NCBI GenBank assembly: GCA_002633005.1
Contig: NMRA01000208.1
Location: 633,311 to 697,310 of the forward strand
Direction of reading: 5' to 3'
From: Phoronis australis
Taxonomy: Eukaryota > Animalia > Phoronida
Length of the DNA: 64,000 nucleotides
Numbering within the stretch: the first letter of the stretch is position 1; each line of letters opens with the position of its first letter. Position numbers and translations under genes: made by a program. Positions 1-14,580 of this stretch are shown here, piece after piece. The notes below the pieces were generated by a model, which saw only the letters and a list, made by a program, of their open reading frames with translations, was not told where the DNA came from and ran no database searches.

Positions 1-504
1 GCATCTCGCAATTCAACATTCCAACTTAACTGACCAATCATCTGTCACTGCCACTTTGCTACGGTAACCTAGTGCCGCTCTGAACACATTTACAAAACGC
101 ACTTCTTCCTGGTGTGATTTCACACAGTCTTGCATATTCATCGGTTTCTGGCATCTACAGATTACATCCCAAGATACAATTAACCTTGCCACTAGAGGGC
201 ATCACATCCTCTCCTCCCTGAATTGATCCACACAAGAATAGTTGAAAGTCACACCTTTCTGAGCTCTCGTCATTTGAACAAAGAACAACAATCTAACAAG
301 CTGGATACATTTTCAGGTATTGTCTCCCAAATTACACTCTCACTTGTAATTACAATGTAGAAATCCAGCAACAATAACAACACATCTGCTCCTTGCCTTT
401 CCAACACCACCTTAAAAAGCCACTTATAACTGAAGCTTGTCTGTCAATGTCCTGTCCATCTCAACAGCCATTCAGCCACTTGTTCAAGCCTAAAGACTAC
501 TTGA

Positions 505-3500
505 TCACAATATCTCCAGGTCAACATGTCTCAACTCAGGATGCCTTTGCTGGAGATAGAGGATGAAGAATTAGTACCATGTAGTAAGTTATCAGACAGA
601 AAGCAGTAAAACTCTTCACACAAAAGAATAACTGAATAGCATGTTATGCAATGTGAATATAATAAAACGTTGGAGGCAAAAAGAATAGAAATGAACTTAT
701 TATAAAATATTAAATTAACAAAGATAATCATCAACATTCACGAAGTCCTTTTGCAATTCATCCAACAACTTGTCAACCATCCATTTTCAAACAATAAAAG
801 TTTATTCTGAATCCTTGACAGATTAAAAACATGAATTCCTGCCTCAGTACTTAACATTATCACTTACAATCATGTGAAAAGTCAATTTTTTCAAAAATTA
901 TCAATTTCTTTGTATTAATCACATGTTACCAAAAAACTTAAGCAGTGAGAAGACTTTGTGTTTGAATCAAATATTTTTCATAATACAAAAGGGAACATAT
1001 TGCTTTGATTTATCCTCAAACAACAGATAAGACAACTCTCCCAACATCTCTATAAAACAACATCCAAAGCTTTCAATTTTGATGGCAGACATCTTTGTTG
1101 TGCGGAGAAAGATCAAAAATCTGAGACATGGTTCTCTCGTTCATTGACCATAAAATAAGAGCGTAAAATTTCATGAAAATTCACCCATGAACTAAAAAGA
1201 AATCAATTATCAAAACTAATAAAAGCATAAACAATCGAAAGGTCTGAAAATGGCCGATAAAGAATTTTAATGTTAAAACATGTAAAGTCATCTCAAACAA
1301 CTCACATACTTAGCACTCACAAACTTAACACATCGATATCAGTTTGAAGAAATGTTATGGATATCCATGGAAAATAAATAATAATTAATGCAATATGTAA
1401 ATATTGTATTTTTTTTTTAAATCTGGAAACTGCATGATTTCATCTTTGAACAATATTACTTGTTGAGCACTTATACTAATAATAATACTAATAACAATGA
1501 TGGGGATAATAAACCCAAAATGCATTTCACTGCACTGAAGCCAAATCTTCTTAAAAATCACACGTCAACATCATAGCAGGTGGATTTAGGGCATCCCATA
1601 TGGACATGGTCAACAAGCAAACCACTTTTAGGTATAGAGAAAACAGAAAATCAGTTGTGGGACCCCATTTGTGATATAATAGAGATCTTTTTCAAATGTT
1701 CACAGATCTCTTTCAAGAATGCCTATCAAGTAAACAGTTAAGTTTCAATATTCAGTATAAACACCCACCTTGAGGTTCCGCTCAATTCTGTCTACCTCTC
1801 CACCCAGCATGTCTACGATATTCTCGCCGTGTTCTAGTAAAAAGTTCTCTACCTCCTCAGCTGTTGTGAAAGACTGCACTTCCTGTGAAAAGAAGGCTTC
1901 AATGAAGAAAGCTCAGATGGACGGCCTACATATGCACAGTTACAGTAGCAATACACTCTGTGGTATCTGTAAAAATAACCTTTAATTTAGATCAATTATT
2001 GTATAGTTGTAAAATCATCTTATCTTGTTTCTTAGTCAGATTTCTAGGCTTGAGAAGAATTAGAAATGGTTTCACTGCTTCAGACAACTATATTAATTTG
2101 GTTGTCATTGTCAAAGTGGGTTGGTTTGTGTCACCAAGGCGGTGCAGCAGTAAGGGAAGTTATATTGAAAATAGTTTAATGAATGCAAACAAAGGACAAG
2201 AAAACGAGGATGTTAATTTGGAACAGCAAATACATCAGTGAGGAAAGGTGATAGATTTAAGGTTATGTACGTAAATTTGTGAATTTAGGCAAACATCATC
2301 AAAGCTATAGATCATAACTCAGTAAAAGTGTATGCATTACAAAAGTTAAAAGAATGTAGAATTTAATTTTGACTTGGTCATGTGACCATGTATTTTTGGC
2401 AAACAATTGATCAGACCAGGTTGTAGGAGTTAGAACACCAACTCATGTGAGTTATAACACCAACTCGTGTGAGTTATTACACCAACTCATGTGAGTTATA
2501 ACACCAACTCATGTGAGTTATTACACCAACTTGTTTGACTTGACACCAACTAGACTGAGTGATAACACCACCTGTTACAAGTGTTAACACATCAGTTGAT
2601 GTTGTTGGTAGTAAGTGCACAACACTAACTACTGAGTCATCCGAGCTCTGCATAGAACTTAAATATGGAACCCTACATGGCTTCATATGTCATACAACTT
2701 CTACGTTGTAGTTTCACTTTACCAGCCTTCTGTTAGATAACTGGCATGAAAGTAAAGTTTTTTTTTACCTAAATTCAAAATTCAAAAACTTGACACGGTC
2801 ACTAACCTTCAATATGAGTTCTATATCTTGATTATAAATATAAGAGCGAGTGATCTCCCGACCATCAAAGTCAACTTCAGCTTTAAACCTGACATGTTTT
2901 CCTCCCATGTCTGTAGCCTTTATATCGTGCAGTGCTCTGTAAAGGAGTTTATAACCAATCACCAACAGATAAAGTATGACCTCATCAAAGTGTATTTTAC
3001 TGTGAAAATTCTCCAGTTTGGGACACTGAAAAATTTAATATTTTGTTCAAAGTCGGGGCTTGTACCAAATTTTAGCAATATTGGCTGTTCCAAATTATGA
3101 GAAAGAAAAAATTATGTTGAAAGGTATTTGTCACAGTTTTATTTCAGACTTTATTGATACAAAATGCAGTATCCAATAATTGAACACCAAAATTGCCTTT
3201 GTCTCAATCTTCAGAATCAAGAAAATTCAAATTTGCTTTGAATTTCAGTGTCTTAAATTTTAAAGTGTCCCAAAGTAATAACACTATTGTTAAAGTAAAA
3301 CAAACATAAGACTCCTAAGACAGAATTTCTCAGTACTCCCTTTCTAGTTAGCAAACTTTGCCCTATATTGGATTTTGCTTTTCATATAACCAAGTTTTTC
3401 AAGTTTCACTAATCTTGAGCATGAATCCATTTTTGAGAGCATGTTTTATCATTTGCTCCACATGACAAGGTAACTAGTATATTTAGATTTCTCACTTCAA

Positions 3501-6500
3501 TTCTGTTATCTTGTTTACATGTTATGTAGAATGCTTCAGATAAACACAAAGACTTCAACCAAAAGATAAAATCCTTAACAAAATGACATTGAATCTTATC
3601 CATAACAAAGTAGTTTTTTCTTACCTCACCATACGATCCGATTCCAGTTCATTTCTAATTTCGTGTTGTCTTTGTGAAGCTATTGATCTAAAACATATGG
3701 ACAGAGACAACAGTGTTGAGGCTGCGTACTTAACAAAGTGATGGATGGTAAGTATATAAAGCTAGACACAAAAATATTTTCAGCAGAATTACAGTGCATG
3801 AGAAGAGTCATGAAAACAGCTGATTGTTGAGGATGCCTCTTTTTCACCTACTGTCAGGATTTTAAAGCCTACCTTGAATGGTAACGCACACGAATTTGGT
3901 TGCATTGTTCTGAGCATCACTAAATGCCCAAATAACAAAACACAAGAACAACACAAAGTTGAAATGAGTCATCGACTGCACCACAAACGGTATGCTTCTA
4001 GGGGTATTTATTAGCATCATAAAACTGGCCACTAGATGGCACACAATAGGTCAAGCCAATTATAAAATGGGAAGACTTTGAAGTCTCATCATTACTCACA
4101 GTTTTCCTGGAAACTGACTACACACACAGACTACACCAGTTGGTGACACAATTCAATGCAATAATACACATGACACAGAACTAAAGATAATATTCACCTT
4201 CCAACTAGCGCTGTCGTGTTTGTATGGATGATAAAAGAGGCCACGCCTCCTAATACGCAGCCAATTAGCATGGAGCCTAGAGCGTCAGCGAATGGACTAC
4301 CAGTGAAGTGAGTGATACCCATGCAGACACCAGCGATACCTATACCACCCACAGCTGCCAAATCTTCCAGAAGAACCACGTTCACACTAGGGTCATAACC
4401 TTGGCGTACTGAAATAACAGGATGGTTCCCTATACGAACAATAGGTGGCGGTACTAACATCAAATGCCAGTGATTTAGCAACTTTACAGCCGCAATCACG
4501 AGTAAATNGTGAGTTATGACACCAACTAGAGTGAGTTATGACACCAACTAGAGTGAGTTATGACACCAACTAGAGTGAGTTATGACACCAACTAGAGTGA
4601 GTTATGACACCAACTAGAGTGAGTTATGACACCAACTAGAGTGAGTTATGACACCAACTAGAGTGAGTGATAACACCACCTCGTGCGAGTGTTAACACAT
4701 CAGTTGATGTTGTTGGTTGTAAGTGCACAACATTAACCACTGAGTCATACAAGCTCTCCATAGAGCTTAAATATGGAACCCTACATGGCTTCATACGTCA
4801 TACAACTTATACATTGTAGTTTTAGTGAAGTTTACTAACCTTCTGTTAGATAACTGGTATGAAAGTGAGGTTTTTTAACCTAAATTCAAAATTCAAAAAC
4901 TTGACACAGTCACTAACCTTCAATATGAGTTCTATATCTTGATTATAAATATAAGAGCGAGTGATCTCCCGACCGTCAAAGTCAACTTCAGCTTTAAACC
5001 TGACATGTTTTCCTCCCATGTCTGTAGCCTTTATATCATGCAGTGCTCTGTAAATCAGTTTAACCAATCACCAACAGATAAAGTATGACCTCGTCAAAGT
5101 GTACGTTACTGTGAAAATTCTCCAGTTTGGGACACTGAAAAATTTACTATTTTGTTCAAAGTCGGGGCTTATACCAAATTTTAGCAATATTGGCTGTTTC
5201 AAATTATGAGAAAGAAAAAAATCTGTGTTGAAAGGTATTTGTCACAGTTTTATTTCAGACTTTATTGATACAAAATGCAGTGTCCAATATTTGAACACCA
5301 AAATTGCCTTTGTCTCAATCTTCAGAATCAAGAAAATTCCAATTTGCTTTGAATTTCAGTGTCTTAAATTTTAAAGAGTGTCCCAAAGTAATAACACTAT
5401 TGTTAAAGTAAAACAAACATAAGACTCCTAACACAGAATTTCTCAGTACTCCCTTTCTAGTTAATAACCTTTGCCCTATATTGGATTTTGCTTTTCATAT
5501 AACCAAGTTTTTCAAGTTTCACTAATCTTGAGCATGAATCCATTTTTGACAGCATGTTTTATCATTTGCTCCACATGACAAGGTAACTAGTATATTTAGA
5601 TTTCTCACTTCAATTCAGTTATTTAGTTTACATGTTATGTAGAATGGTTCAGATAAACACAAAGACTTCAACCAAAAGATAAAATCTTTAAGAAAATGAC
5701 ATTGAATCATTACCAAAACAAAGTAGTTTCAACTTACCTCACCATACGATCCGATTCCAGTTCATTTCTAATTTCGTGTTGTCTTTGTGAAGCTATTGAT
5801 CTAAAACATATGGACAGAGACAACAGTGTTGAGGATGCGTACTTAACAAAGTGATGGATGGTAAGTATATCAAGCTGGACACTAAAATATTTTCAGCAGA
5901 ATTACAGTGCATGAGAAGAGTCATGAAAACAGCTGATTGTTGAGGATGCCTCTTTTTCACCTATTGTCAGGATTTTAAAGCCTACCTTGAATGGTAATGC
6001 ACACGAATTTGGTTGCATTGTTCTGAGCATCACTAAATGCCCCAAATAACAAAACACAAGAACAACACAAAGTTGAAATGAACCATCGACTGCACCACAA
6101 ACGGTATGCTTCTAGGGGTATTTATTAGCATCATAAAAGTGGCCACTAGATGGCACACAATAGGTCAAGCCAATTACAAAATGGGAAGACTTTGAAGTCT
6201 CATCATTACTCACAGTTTTCCTGGAAACTGACTACACACACAGACTACACCGGTTGGTGTCACAATTTAATGTAATAATACACATGACACCAAACTGTTT
6301 CAGAGAACTAAAGATAATATTCACCTTCCAACTAGTGCCGTCGTGTTTGTATGGATGATAAAAGAGGCCACGCCTCCTAATACGCAGCCAATTAGCATGG
6401 AGCCTAGAGCGTCAGCGAATGGACTACCAGTGAAGTGAGTGATACCCATGCAGACACCAGCGATCCCTATACCACCCACAGCTGCCAAATCTTCCAGAAG

Positions 6501-9500
6501 AACCACATTCACACTAGGGTCATAACCCTGGCGTACTGAAATAACAGGATGGTTCCCTATACGAACAATAGGTGGCGGTACTAACATCAAATGCCAGTGA
6601 TTTAGCAACTTTACAGCCGCAATCACGAGTAAATCACATCATAGCAAACAACAGTTTTCAACACTGTATATATGTCAAACGTTACTGAAAGGATGCCATC
6701 GAAATGGAATGAAGCCCAGTGAAATGCTCGACTAATTTTGAATAGTCACGTATTGTTAAATCCTAGATATAATTACTAAGTAATCACTCACCATATTCCC
6801 AAAACTTCATCTTTGCCTTCTTAGCATTGTCTCTAACCTGATTGGCAGCTACAGTTAACGTAGCTAGCAAACAGAAATGAAGAGCTTGTCATTTCACATG
6901 AAGTACAGACATGTTCACACCAACAGTTATGGCAAGGCATGGCAGTGCCTTTAATAGTTAAAACCTGTTCTTTACTAAGCTTTGTAAACATATTAAATTC
7001 ATACAACTTGTAATGGAATCAAAAGCGCATCTCATCAACTTCCAGCTCTTAACGTCACCTTGGTAAGCCAAGGTCCGATGAATTGCTGAGGTCAGACACA
7101 CAATAACCCGACGACAATCACATGCAAGAGTCATATTGATGAATACATGCCACTATTTGGTTCATACACTGTGGTTAGGAAACTCTAAAGGAAAAACAGT
7201 CGTATTGCAGTGACTGTTGCTACAACCAACACAGACAAACGTTGACTAATTGTTTATGGTGTCAGTTACCACAACTCTACTTGGTTTGTTTATTTATAAT
7301 GTGCTAATGATGAGCAGTTGCATTCGTCTGATGATGTTTGCTTAACACGCATGCGACTTCTCAAATTGAATTTATGGATGTATAATTTTGGACCTATCAC
7401 AATTTCTATGAAACACAAGTTTTAACAAAGAATTATATTTGAGAATTTTACCAATAACAATAAGGCAAGAAAGTAAAATGAGGTATATCGTTGACAAAAA
7501 AATGTCTTTTCATTCCAACTTGAGTAATTAGGGTACTGTTATGATATAGAGGAATGAAATCCAAGATTAAGAAACTTAATTCAGATGACCTGAGTGGATA
7601 GTGAACTCAAAAGGGAAGGTAAACACAGAGAGGTCTTGTGTGTAGATGAAACTTACCAGATTCTGAGAGAAAAGCTCCTGCCAAGATTGCAATAGCCTGT
7701 AATAAATACGCAGTTCAATGAACAAAATGTGAGAACAAACTGTGACTTAAGCCCTACAGAGCAGTTATTAGGCCAAGCCAAAATTGCTGAATAGAAGAAA
7801 ATTATTACACTTGCACCAAAACAGTCAATGCACCATGGTAAGTCTTTGTGTATTTAGCGCAAAATATGGTGGACAAGTGAAATATTATTATATTTTGTCA
7901 ATTTTTGCAAAGAAAATAAAGATAAAGAACATTAAGTTTGCTATTAACATGGTTTGATCCATTAAGATGTCCCAAAATAACACACAGTTTCCATTATGTG
8001 CAACAAAGCAGTGAGCCCTTGAAAACTGGAAAACCAGTGGCAAATTTGGCAGTTGCTATTGTGCAAAATCAGTGGAGAATTACCGTATTCTGTCCACAAT
8101 ATAACCGCTATTAAATTTAGAAATGTTAACCTGCTGCATATAGAAAATTCTAAATTGTATACTAGTCACAGATGGGGAATCATGTAATGCACATGTATGT
8201 AGTTTAAATACGAGAATGACAGAGAAAACAGCTTTAACAATCTAACATCATTCTACGCAGTTATAGATTCATGCAGATTTCCGCATTTTAAATAATCTCA
8301 GCCTGGGCTTCATGATTTTGATCAAAATCTGGACAAGCCACATCAATTGATGAACACAGTCAGTTAAAAAGTATCTAAACAGTATGCAATAATACGTTCA
8401 CTTACCCATGGTAGAGACTCCAACGGCTGTGGGTATAGTATACCTTGTATACCGTGGTACCATGATAGGCCAGTACCAAAACAGAAAATACCAACTCCAC
8501 TGATCAGGGAAGACACGTAACGAATATTCATATAACCGTAGCTGAAAGTGAACCAGAGCTTGGTTTTTACAAACATGTCAATCTTAAACTGGCATGTAAA
8601 TGTGGGTCACGAGCAGTCTGATCAGCACGCCACCTGTGGCCACATCACGGACTGCATGATTAGCAGAAGGTTCTGGGCTCGAATCTCGGTTGAGGCAGAA
8701 ATATTAAATTTTTCAGACTTCTATTCATTAGGTCACATGATGTGGCCACAGGGGCATGCTGACCAGGCTCAAAAATGTTTGCGCAAACATAATTCTTCCA
8801 TAAATTATTTTTACTGAATGATCCTAGTGAGGTTGCTTTAATATGGTATTGAAGAGTGAGCTTAGTGTCTACAAATATACACTTTACAGAAAGACAACCA
8901 AGTTGTGAAATAAACACCTTGAGGTTTTTAGTCTAGTGAATTTCTTTGAAACTGGATCGCTTTAATTCACTGAACAGATATTATTATATTTTGTTTACCA
9001 GTCATCTATAAGAACACGTGAATAACACATTATACTACAATACAGTAACTACAGATAACGTACGGGTGAAGAGAGTCGGCTTTCTTGACTGAAGCACTCA
9101 GGCCGTAAGCTAGAATCAGCTGATTGCAAGTGTCAGCCAATGAATGAATTGCTTCGGCAAACATACTGTGTGAGCCTGTGTACATCCAAGCAACCAGCTT
9201 CACAGCAAAATTAGCAGCATTGCTGGAAACAAAGAGACAAGCAGAATTGAACATAGAACCTGACAGACTGCTAGTACATTTATGTGACTTTGAATAACCC
9301 TCGTGTCCCATACAGTGTCGTCGTGCAAATTTGAACTACAAGCACTGTTGTTTGGAGAGTGTTCCCAGTTATAGTGGCCAGGGCTGGTGGTGAAGGTACC
9401 ATGGGCGTATTATGTCTGTTACAGCACTGCGCCACATGAATACCACAATAATGAAAAAGGAACAACTTCAAAATGTCATATTCACTACTACTTCCCCTGG

Positions 9501-10207
9501 TAATGGCCATTAGGTGGCAGCACGTTACAAACAGTGCCACAGATGACAAAAACAGGCATGTGTGGGTGCATAAAAATTGTTATCACCCAAGAAACATATT
9601 TTGGAGTCTAGAAAAAGAATGCTTAAGTTACATTGTCCTTAAGTTGTACCAAGAATTAAAGCAGAGACAATACTCCAAAAACTTAAATTAACGGGCATCA
9701 AACAATGGAGACATACCAACTAAGAGTACTTACATAACTACAGCATACAGAACAACTCTTCCAGAACCGTGACTAAAAATATTCTCTTCAGACGCAGACT
9801 GAAATGAAAAACAACACAACAAAGTACAGTATGAGCCATTCTGTTTGCTGTGTATTAGCATGTGAAGAATATTAAACATGAACACTAACTCTGTCTTCAG
9901 CAGTTACGCTAACATTTCCCTTCTGAGCCTCCGTGCGACATTCTACATCTGTCCATGTGCACTAACTCAGTAATTGTCCTAAATCAATTCAAAGTCAAAT
10001 ACTGTCAACATCCAACTTATAATCCATAACAACATTCAATACAACTATTGTTTAATTTAATGTAACTTAATTTAATCTATTTATCTATCTTAATGTATTT
10101 AATTCAATTTAATTTTTGCTGTAGAGGACCATGCTGCATATTAGCCTTTGGCTAAAGCATGTTTTATGTAGACTATTGTATTTTATCCTCTATAAATAAA
10201 ATTTATT

Positions 10208-10261
<54 letters not shown>

Positions 10262-13200
10262 ACTTGGACAACTTTTACAACATTAAGCAGCCCAATATAA
10301 ACAACGTTCTAATCCTGGAAAAACAGGAAAACAGATGGCTGCCTAGTTTTATTAAGTCTCAAAAAGCTGATAACACTCATAAGGCATTGTTCTTAAAAAC
10401 ACTGATGCCCTGACAAAGAGAACCACAGAGGTACTACAATGAGCCAGTGTCAGGTTAAGAGAGAAAACTTGTTTATATCATAACGTACAGTGGTAACTTT
10501 TGACTGCTTTGCTCCGTAAGCCGTGTGAATGTAAGGTACTTCTTTCGATTGCGAGTCTTCAGATTGCTTGGCCAGGTGGAAAATATCCACTAAAACATGA
10601 GTAAAATAACATTCACATGTTTACCTCTCCAAATCAGTTACACTTGGGCAATACTGAAGTAATGTATTATTAGTTGTAATATTTATAGTCAAACAGTGCG
10701 ACAATGAACCATCCTGCGACTCTTGTGAAAAATTCTCCGTAACCGAAGCTTGCTGTAATCCAATTAAACTGTACACAGTACCGTTGACTTGGAACATTAC
10801 AAGAGAACACTGTTTGTGAACCGTGCTCATTTCAACATGGTTCCACTGTAACAAGCTTCTATGAAATTATACAAACAGAATGAGAAGTTTGGATAAAATA
10901 AAAAACTGAACTAAGTAATGTCTTTTTGGAAGTGGGATGGGTTTAAACCAGTGAGAATTGGGTTGATAGATATACAAGACTCAAGAACTGTAATTAAAAT
11001 TACATTAGACTAAAGTGCTAATCAAAATTAATAAAAACACTAATTGTAATACTTACAGGTAATGTACCGATCTTCTGACCTTTTCTTCTTACTTTTTTCT
11101 TTGGCAAGGTTCTCAAGGCTTCCCCAAATATCAATAGCTCTGAATTAAAAACAGTGAATTCTGCTATAAACAGGAAATCCAAATGGACAGCAGAGCAAGT
11201 CTGTGATTTATCAGATACTCAAGTGCAAATCACTCACTGGCTAAAATCCCAGGTCGCCAAGCAAAATCTGAGGTCGCCAAAACTGAGAATCCCAGGTCGC
11301 TAAATGAAATTTGAAAGTCAGCATGAACTGCGAAATGAATTTAGGGAGAATTATTGTCTGACTTTGATACTCTCAGTGGCAACTTCGTGGCGACTTGAGA
11401 TTTTTCCTCGGTCAGCAAACACAATCTCAAGTCACTGATAATGCTGATAGTAAGCTTAATTTACCTTCTTTCCACGTCTTGACGAAGATAAACCATCATC
11501 TTTTGCTCTGTATCGTACGGACTCCTACGAATTATTCTTTGACAAGCTTCCAAATCTCTAAAAATATAACGTCATTAATTGGGTTTATAACACGTATACC
11601 ATCATTGTAGTAAATCTGAGTGAGTACTTTTAAACTCTTGCTAACATACTACCAATTCAAAAATAGTCATAATATCTCAACTCATACGTTCACCAGACAA
11701 CATAAAGTATGCAGAAACCAATATTGCTTTGGTGAATGAAACAAGGCAGTCATGAAATGAAGTTTTAACACGTAACAGGACCTGGTTTTAAGCAACTTAA
11801 AAGATGTGCCAAAACAGACTTCCTTCAAAGACCACTTACTTTGGAGTGAGTAGGTACTCTTGCATAGCTCTGACAGGGGTGATGTATACATTAGCTGTGT
11901 AACTCTTGGTCAGATCAATTTTCTTTCGCTCTTTTCTTTTTGGCACAACTATAACAATAACAATATATGGGGTTGCCTAATAAATCATGACAACCTATAA
12001 ACTAAAACTGATTATGCAACTAAAATACGTGTTTCGCAACACAATGTAAACAACATCTTCAAAAACTCTAAGACATGTACAGCCAATAATGTCATTAACG
12101 ATACACAAAGCCAGTGTTTTCACCATGATTTTTGAATGTGGTGGGAACAACAGAATGCAGTCAATCACAATATTCTGCTAAGTCCCTCTGGAGATACCGT
12201 TGTGTTCTGTGTTTTTGCTAAGAACTTTTAGTCAATAGGATCACAATTAGGCAATGATTTTCAAACAAATGACAAGACTCAAAGTCAAACTCCAATGAGC
12301 ACTAGACTGAAGAAAATGACAGAAATGACTCAACACATTTTTCCTAGAAAAAACAGACAGACAATACCTTTCATAATTGCTTCTTTTAATCCACTGCCCT
12401 TCGTACTTGACTTGTTTTGCTCACTTGTGGTCTCGGTGGGTTTAGGGTTATTCTCATCAGAGTTTGAAGAAAAGAACAGTGCACTTGACTTGGTCAAATT
12501 GTGTTGCGCATAAAAAACTGTTGATGTTACTGGAAGTCCCCTTTGTTTCAGACAACCTGCAATGGAAAGCACTTCATTAGCTATAATTCAAAATCTATTC
12601 ACTGAGATTTGTTAAACTATTCGGGTTAACACAGCTAAATTTTCAACTGCGAAAACAATATCTCCCGCTTGGGTGCCTATGTTGTGTTGTTCTCAGCTCA
12701 AGGCGCATCTCCACCACTTGATTTCCGAATTTCTTACTGAACCAATACAGTAAAAGCATAATAAATGACTAAAAAGGCAATGGCAACAAGTTTCAATATC
12801 ACAAAGTACTACAGACGACATCTATAGGTACATTTAACAACAAAAAACAAGTTAGAAATTGTCTGATGTTACATTAAATGTGCATATTCAAACATGTCAA
12901 ATTTTCTTCCAAACCAAATAGACCAGAATTTTTCAAAATTCAATGGCATTATTTCTAGAAATCAAATAATCTGGAATCGTAAATTTGGGTTATTGAGATA
13001 AGTAACCTGGAATAAAATATTAAGGATCAGAAACCTGCGTACCATTGCAGTTTTACCATAAGATATGACAACAACAAAAGACATTGTGTCAACTAACAAC
13101 ATAACTCATGACATTTTCACACAACCCCAAACTTTCAATTTCAAAATGTTCATTACCAGCGCAAGTTGCCAGAAGTCGAGTTGTTTGCGGCAGTCGGATT

Positions 13201-13271
13201 GTCTGACCAGAGTCCAAGCACAGATGTGCTGATGCAACAATAAAGGTCTTCATCCGGTGTTTGTGGAACAT
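505..13271 (-). CDS. SLC30A9: Mitochondrial zinc transporter ZnT9 (cation diffusion facilitator), multi-exon gene
   Basis: Phase-consistent GT-AG exons in transcript order: 13157-13271 (ATG; MFHKHRMKTF..., targeting-peptide-like), 12368-12556, 11840-11948 (ANVYITPVRAMQEYLLTP), 11465-11557 (RRSPYD...VYLRQDVE), 11057-11139 (AIDIWGSLENLAKEK), 10489-10589, 9734-9798, 9064-9222 (TGSHSMFAEAIHSLADTCNQ), 8406-8541, 7657-7696, 6792-6863, 6325-6535 (DPSVNVVLLEDLAAV), 5738-5800, 4918-5047 (HDIKATDMG..VRFKAEVDFDGR), 1769-1882 (HGENIVDMLGGEVDRIE), 505-549 (HPELRHVDLEIL*). These motifs match remembered SLC30A9 sequence. A second copy of three exons lies at 2807-4408. Confidence 0.96.
2432..2575. repeat. 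22-bp minisatellite (acaccaactcatgtgagttata), with a more homogeneous allele at 4509-4680
   Basis: Tandem units are directly visible at both positions. Confidence 0.9.
2432..6634. repeat. Tandem ~2.1-kb duplication (about 2432-4507 and 4509-6634) containing three SLC30A9 exons, joined at a single N
   Basis: Exons 4198-4408, 3625-3687 and 2807-2936 repeat 6325-6535, 5738-5800 and 4918-5047 with identical peptides. Introns differ by scattered SNPs and indels. N at 4508 is exactly the junction. Confidence 0.95.
8622..8762. mobile_element. Short foldback element: ~25-bp inverted repeats around a pol III B-box-like core
   Basis: cagcacgccacctgtggccacatca pairs with tgatgtggccacaggggcatgctg. The interior contains GGCTCGAATCT. 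Confidence 0.5.
10209..10262. repeat. (TTG)n microsatellite in a SLC30A9 intron
   Basis: Perfect trinucleotide run; it explains the poly-Cys ORF 10159-10413. Confidence 0.98.
11240..11400. mobile_element. Fragment carrying the (aaatcc)caggtcgc subterminal repeats of the 54086-56274 hAT-like family
   Basis: Three AGGTCGC direct repeats in the same context as 54105-54195 and 56150-56250. Confidence 0.5.
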
Positions 13272-13478
13272 CTTTATACTCTGAAAATATGAAACACACT
13301 GTTAGTATGATTTGACAAAAACTGAAGGCACTTTTGTCAGACGTATGCTTTGGTTGAAATTATTGTAAAACTTCAAATGATTTACGTTTTACATCTTGTC
13401 AATGTGTTGAAATTTAGCTCAGAGTAAAGCCTTTCCATTAGAGTAAGACAGTGGAATTAAATTTTGCCATATAGCTCA

Positions 13479-14580
13479 ACACAAGGAAGAATATCTTATT
13501 TCTAGGCCAATTTTGAATTACTTCTGAATGTTTTTTTTATAATTACGACAGCTACACCCAAAAGAAACAGTGCTTCAGTATTTCAAGTTAGGCAAGGTTG
13601 GTATGTAGCATAAGTCAAGCAAAAATAGACAGAAATTCCACGCTCAGCGTGATGCCGTTTCCACTTTNTGCTGGAGGTATTTATATATGGTTTAAAACTG
13701 CACACTGCACTGGTGTGACCTACTTCTTAGACACTTCAAAGTTTAGCTTTCCTACCAATGCATCTCATAATTTCTCCAAAGCATTTGACAGACCAAGAGC
13801 AGCAAACAAAAGATCAAAAGTTCCTTTAATAATACCAATGCCGATTTTAATATCAATTAGACATATTAAGTACTACTAACATGAGTTCTGATGTGACCTA
13901 GTTTTTAGTGACACCTGTTGTCAAGTTTAATAAGCTCATGAAGTTCTAACTTGCCACTAGATGTCAGTCAAAATCAAAATTGTCTTTATTAAGCAAATTA
14001 AATTGCTTTTTTATAGGTTGACTTGCAAAATTTTAAAGTTAGAATGACAAAGTAGATTAGTCATTCAATTAAGCAAGCTAGGTGACTCCATGAAATGTTT
14101 GTTATTTAAAGTTTTTTGCAGATTTTGTTAATAATAAATTAAACTTTTGTAGTGTCTTACGAAGTTATACATATAGTGTTGACTGCCTCTACAGATTTGT
14201 ATTGGGCTTGATGTTGGTTAATCAGGCACTGCTTTAGGGTTGAGGGCTGAAATACCAAGCCAGGACAAAAGTTCAAACCTGACGCAGCACTTTCTAAACT
14301 CGACGCGCATTTTCCAAACTCGACGCAGCAAAATCCAAACTCGTTGCAGCGTCGAGTTAAAACAGGCCGTGGAGAACACTGCATATACCTAAACACAAGG
14401 AAGAATATCTTATTTCTAGGCCAATTTTGAATTACTTCTGAATGTTTTTTATGATTACGACAGCTACACCCAAAAGAAACAGTGCTTCAGTATTTCAAGT
14501 TAGGCAAGGTTGGTATGTAGCATAAGTCAAGCAAAAATAGACAGAAATTCCACGCTCATCGTGATGCCGTTTCTACTTTC
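13479..14580. repeat. ~190-bp duplicate (13479-13667 and 14392-14580) with an N at 13668; the intervening sequence carries a hAT-like end (gagaacactg, ~14372-14381) and aaactcgacgc repeats
   Basis: Near-identical blocks; the N falls at the end of the first copy. Confidence 0.8.

Noticed and set aside
10159-10413. Poly-cysteine ORF
   Set aside because: Translation of a (TTG)n microsatellite in an intron.
12650-12738. Extra SLC30A9 exon suggested by an acceptor-like site
   Set aside because: The flanking exons already join in phase and no clear donor or open frame was found.
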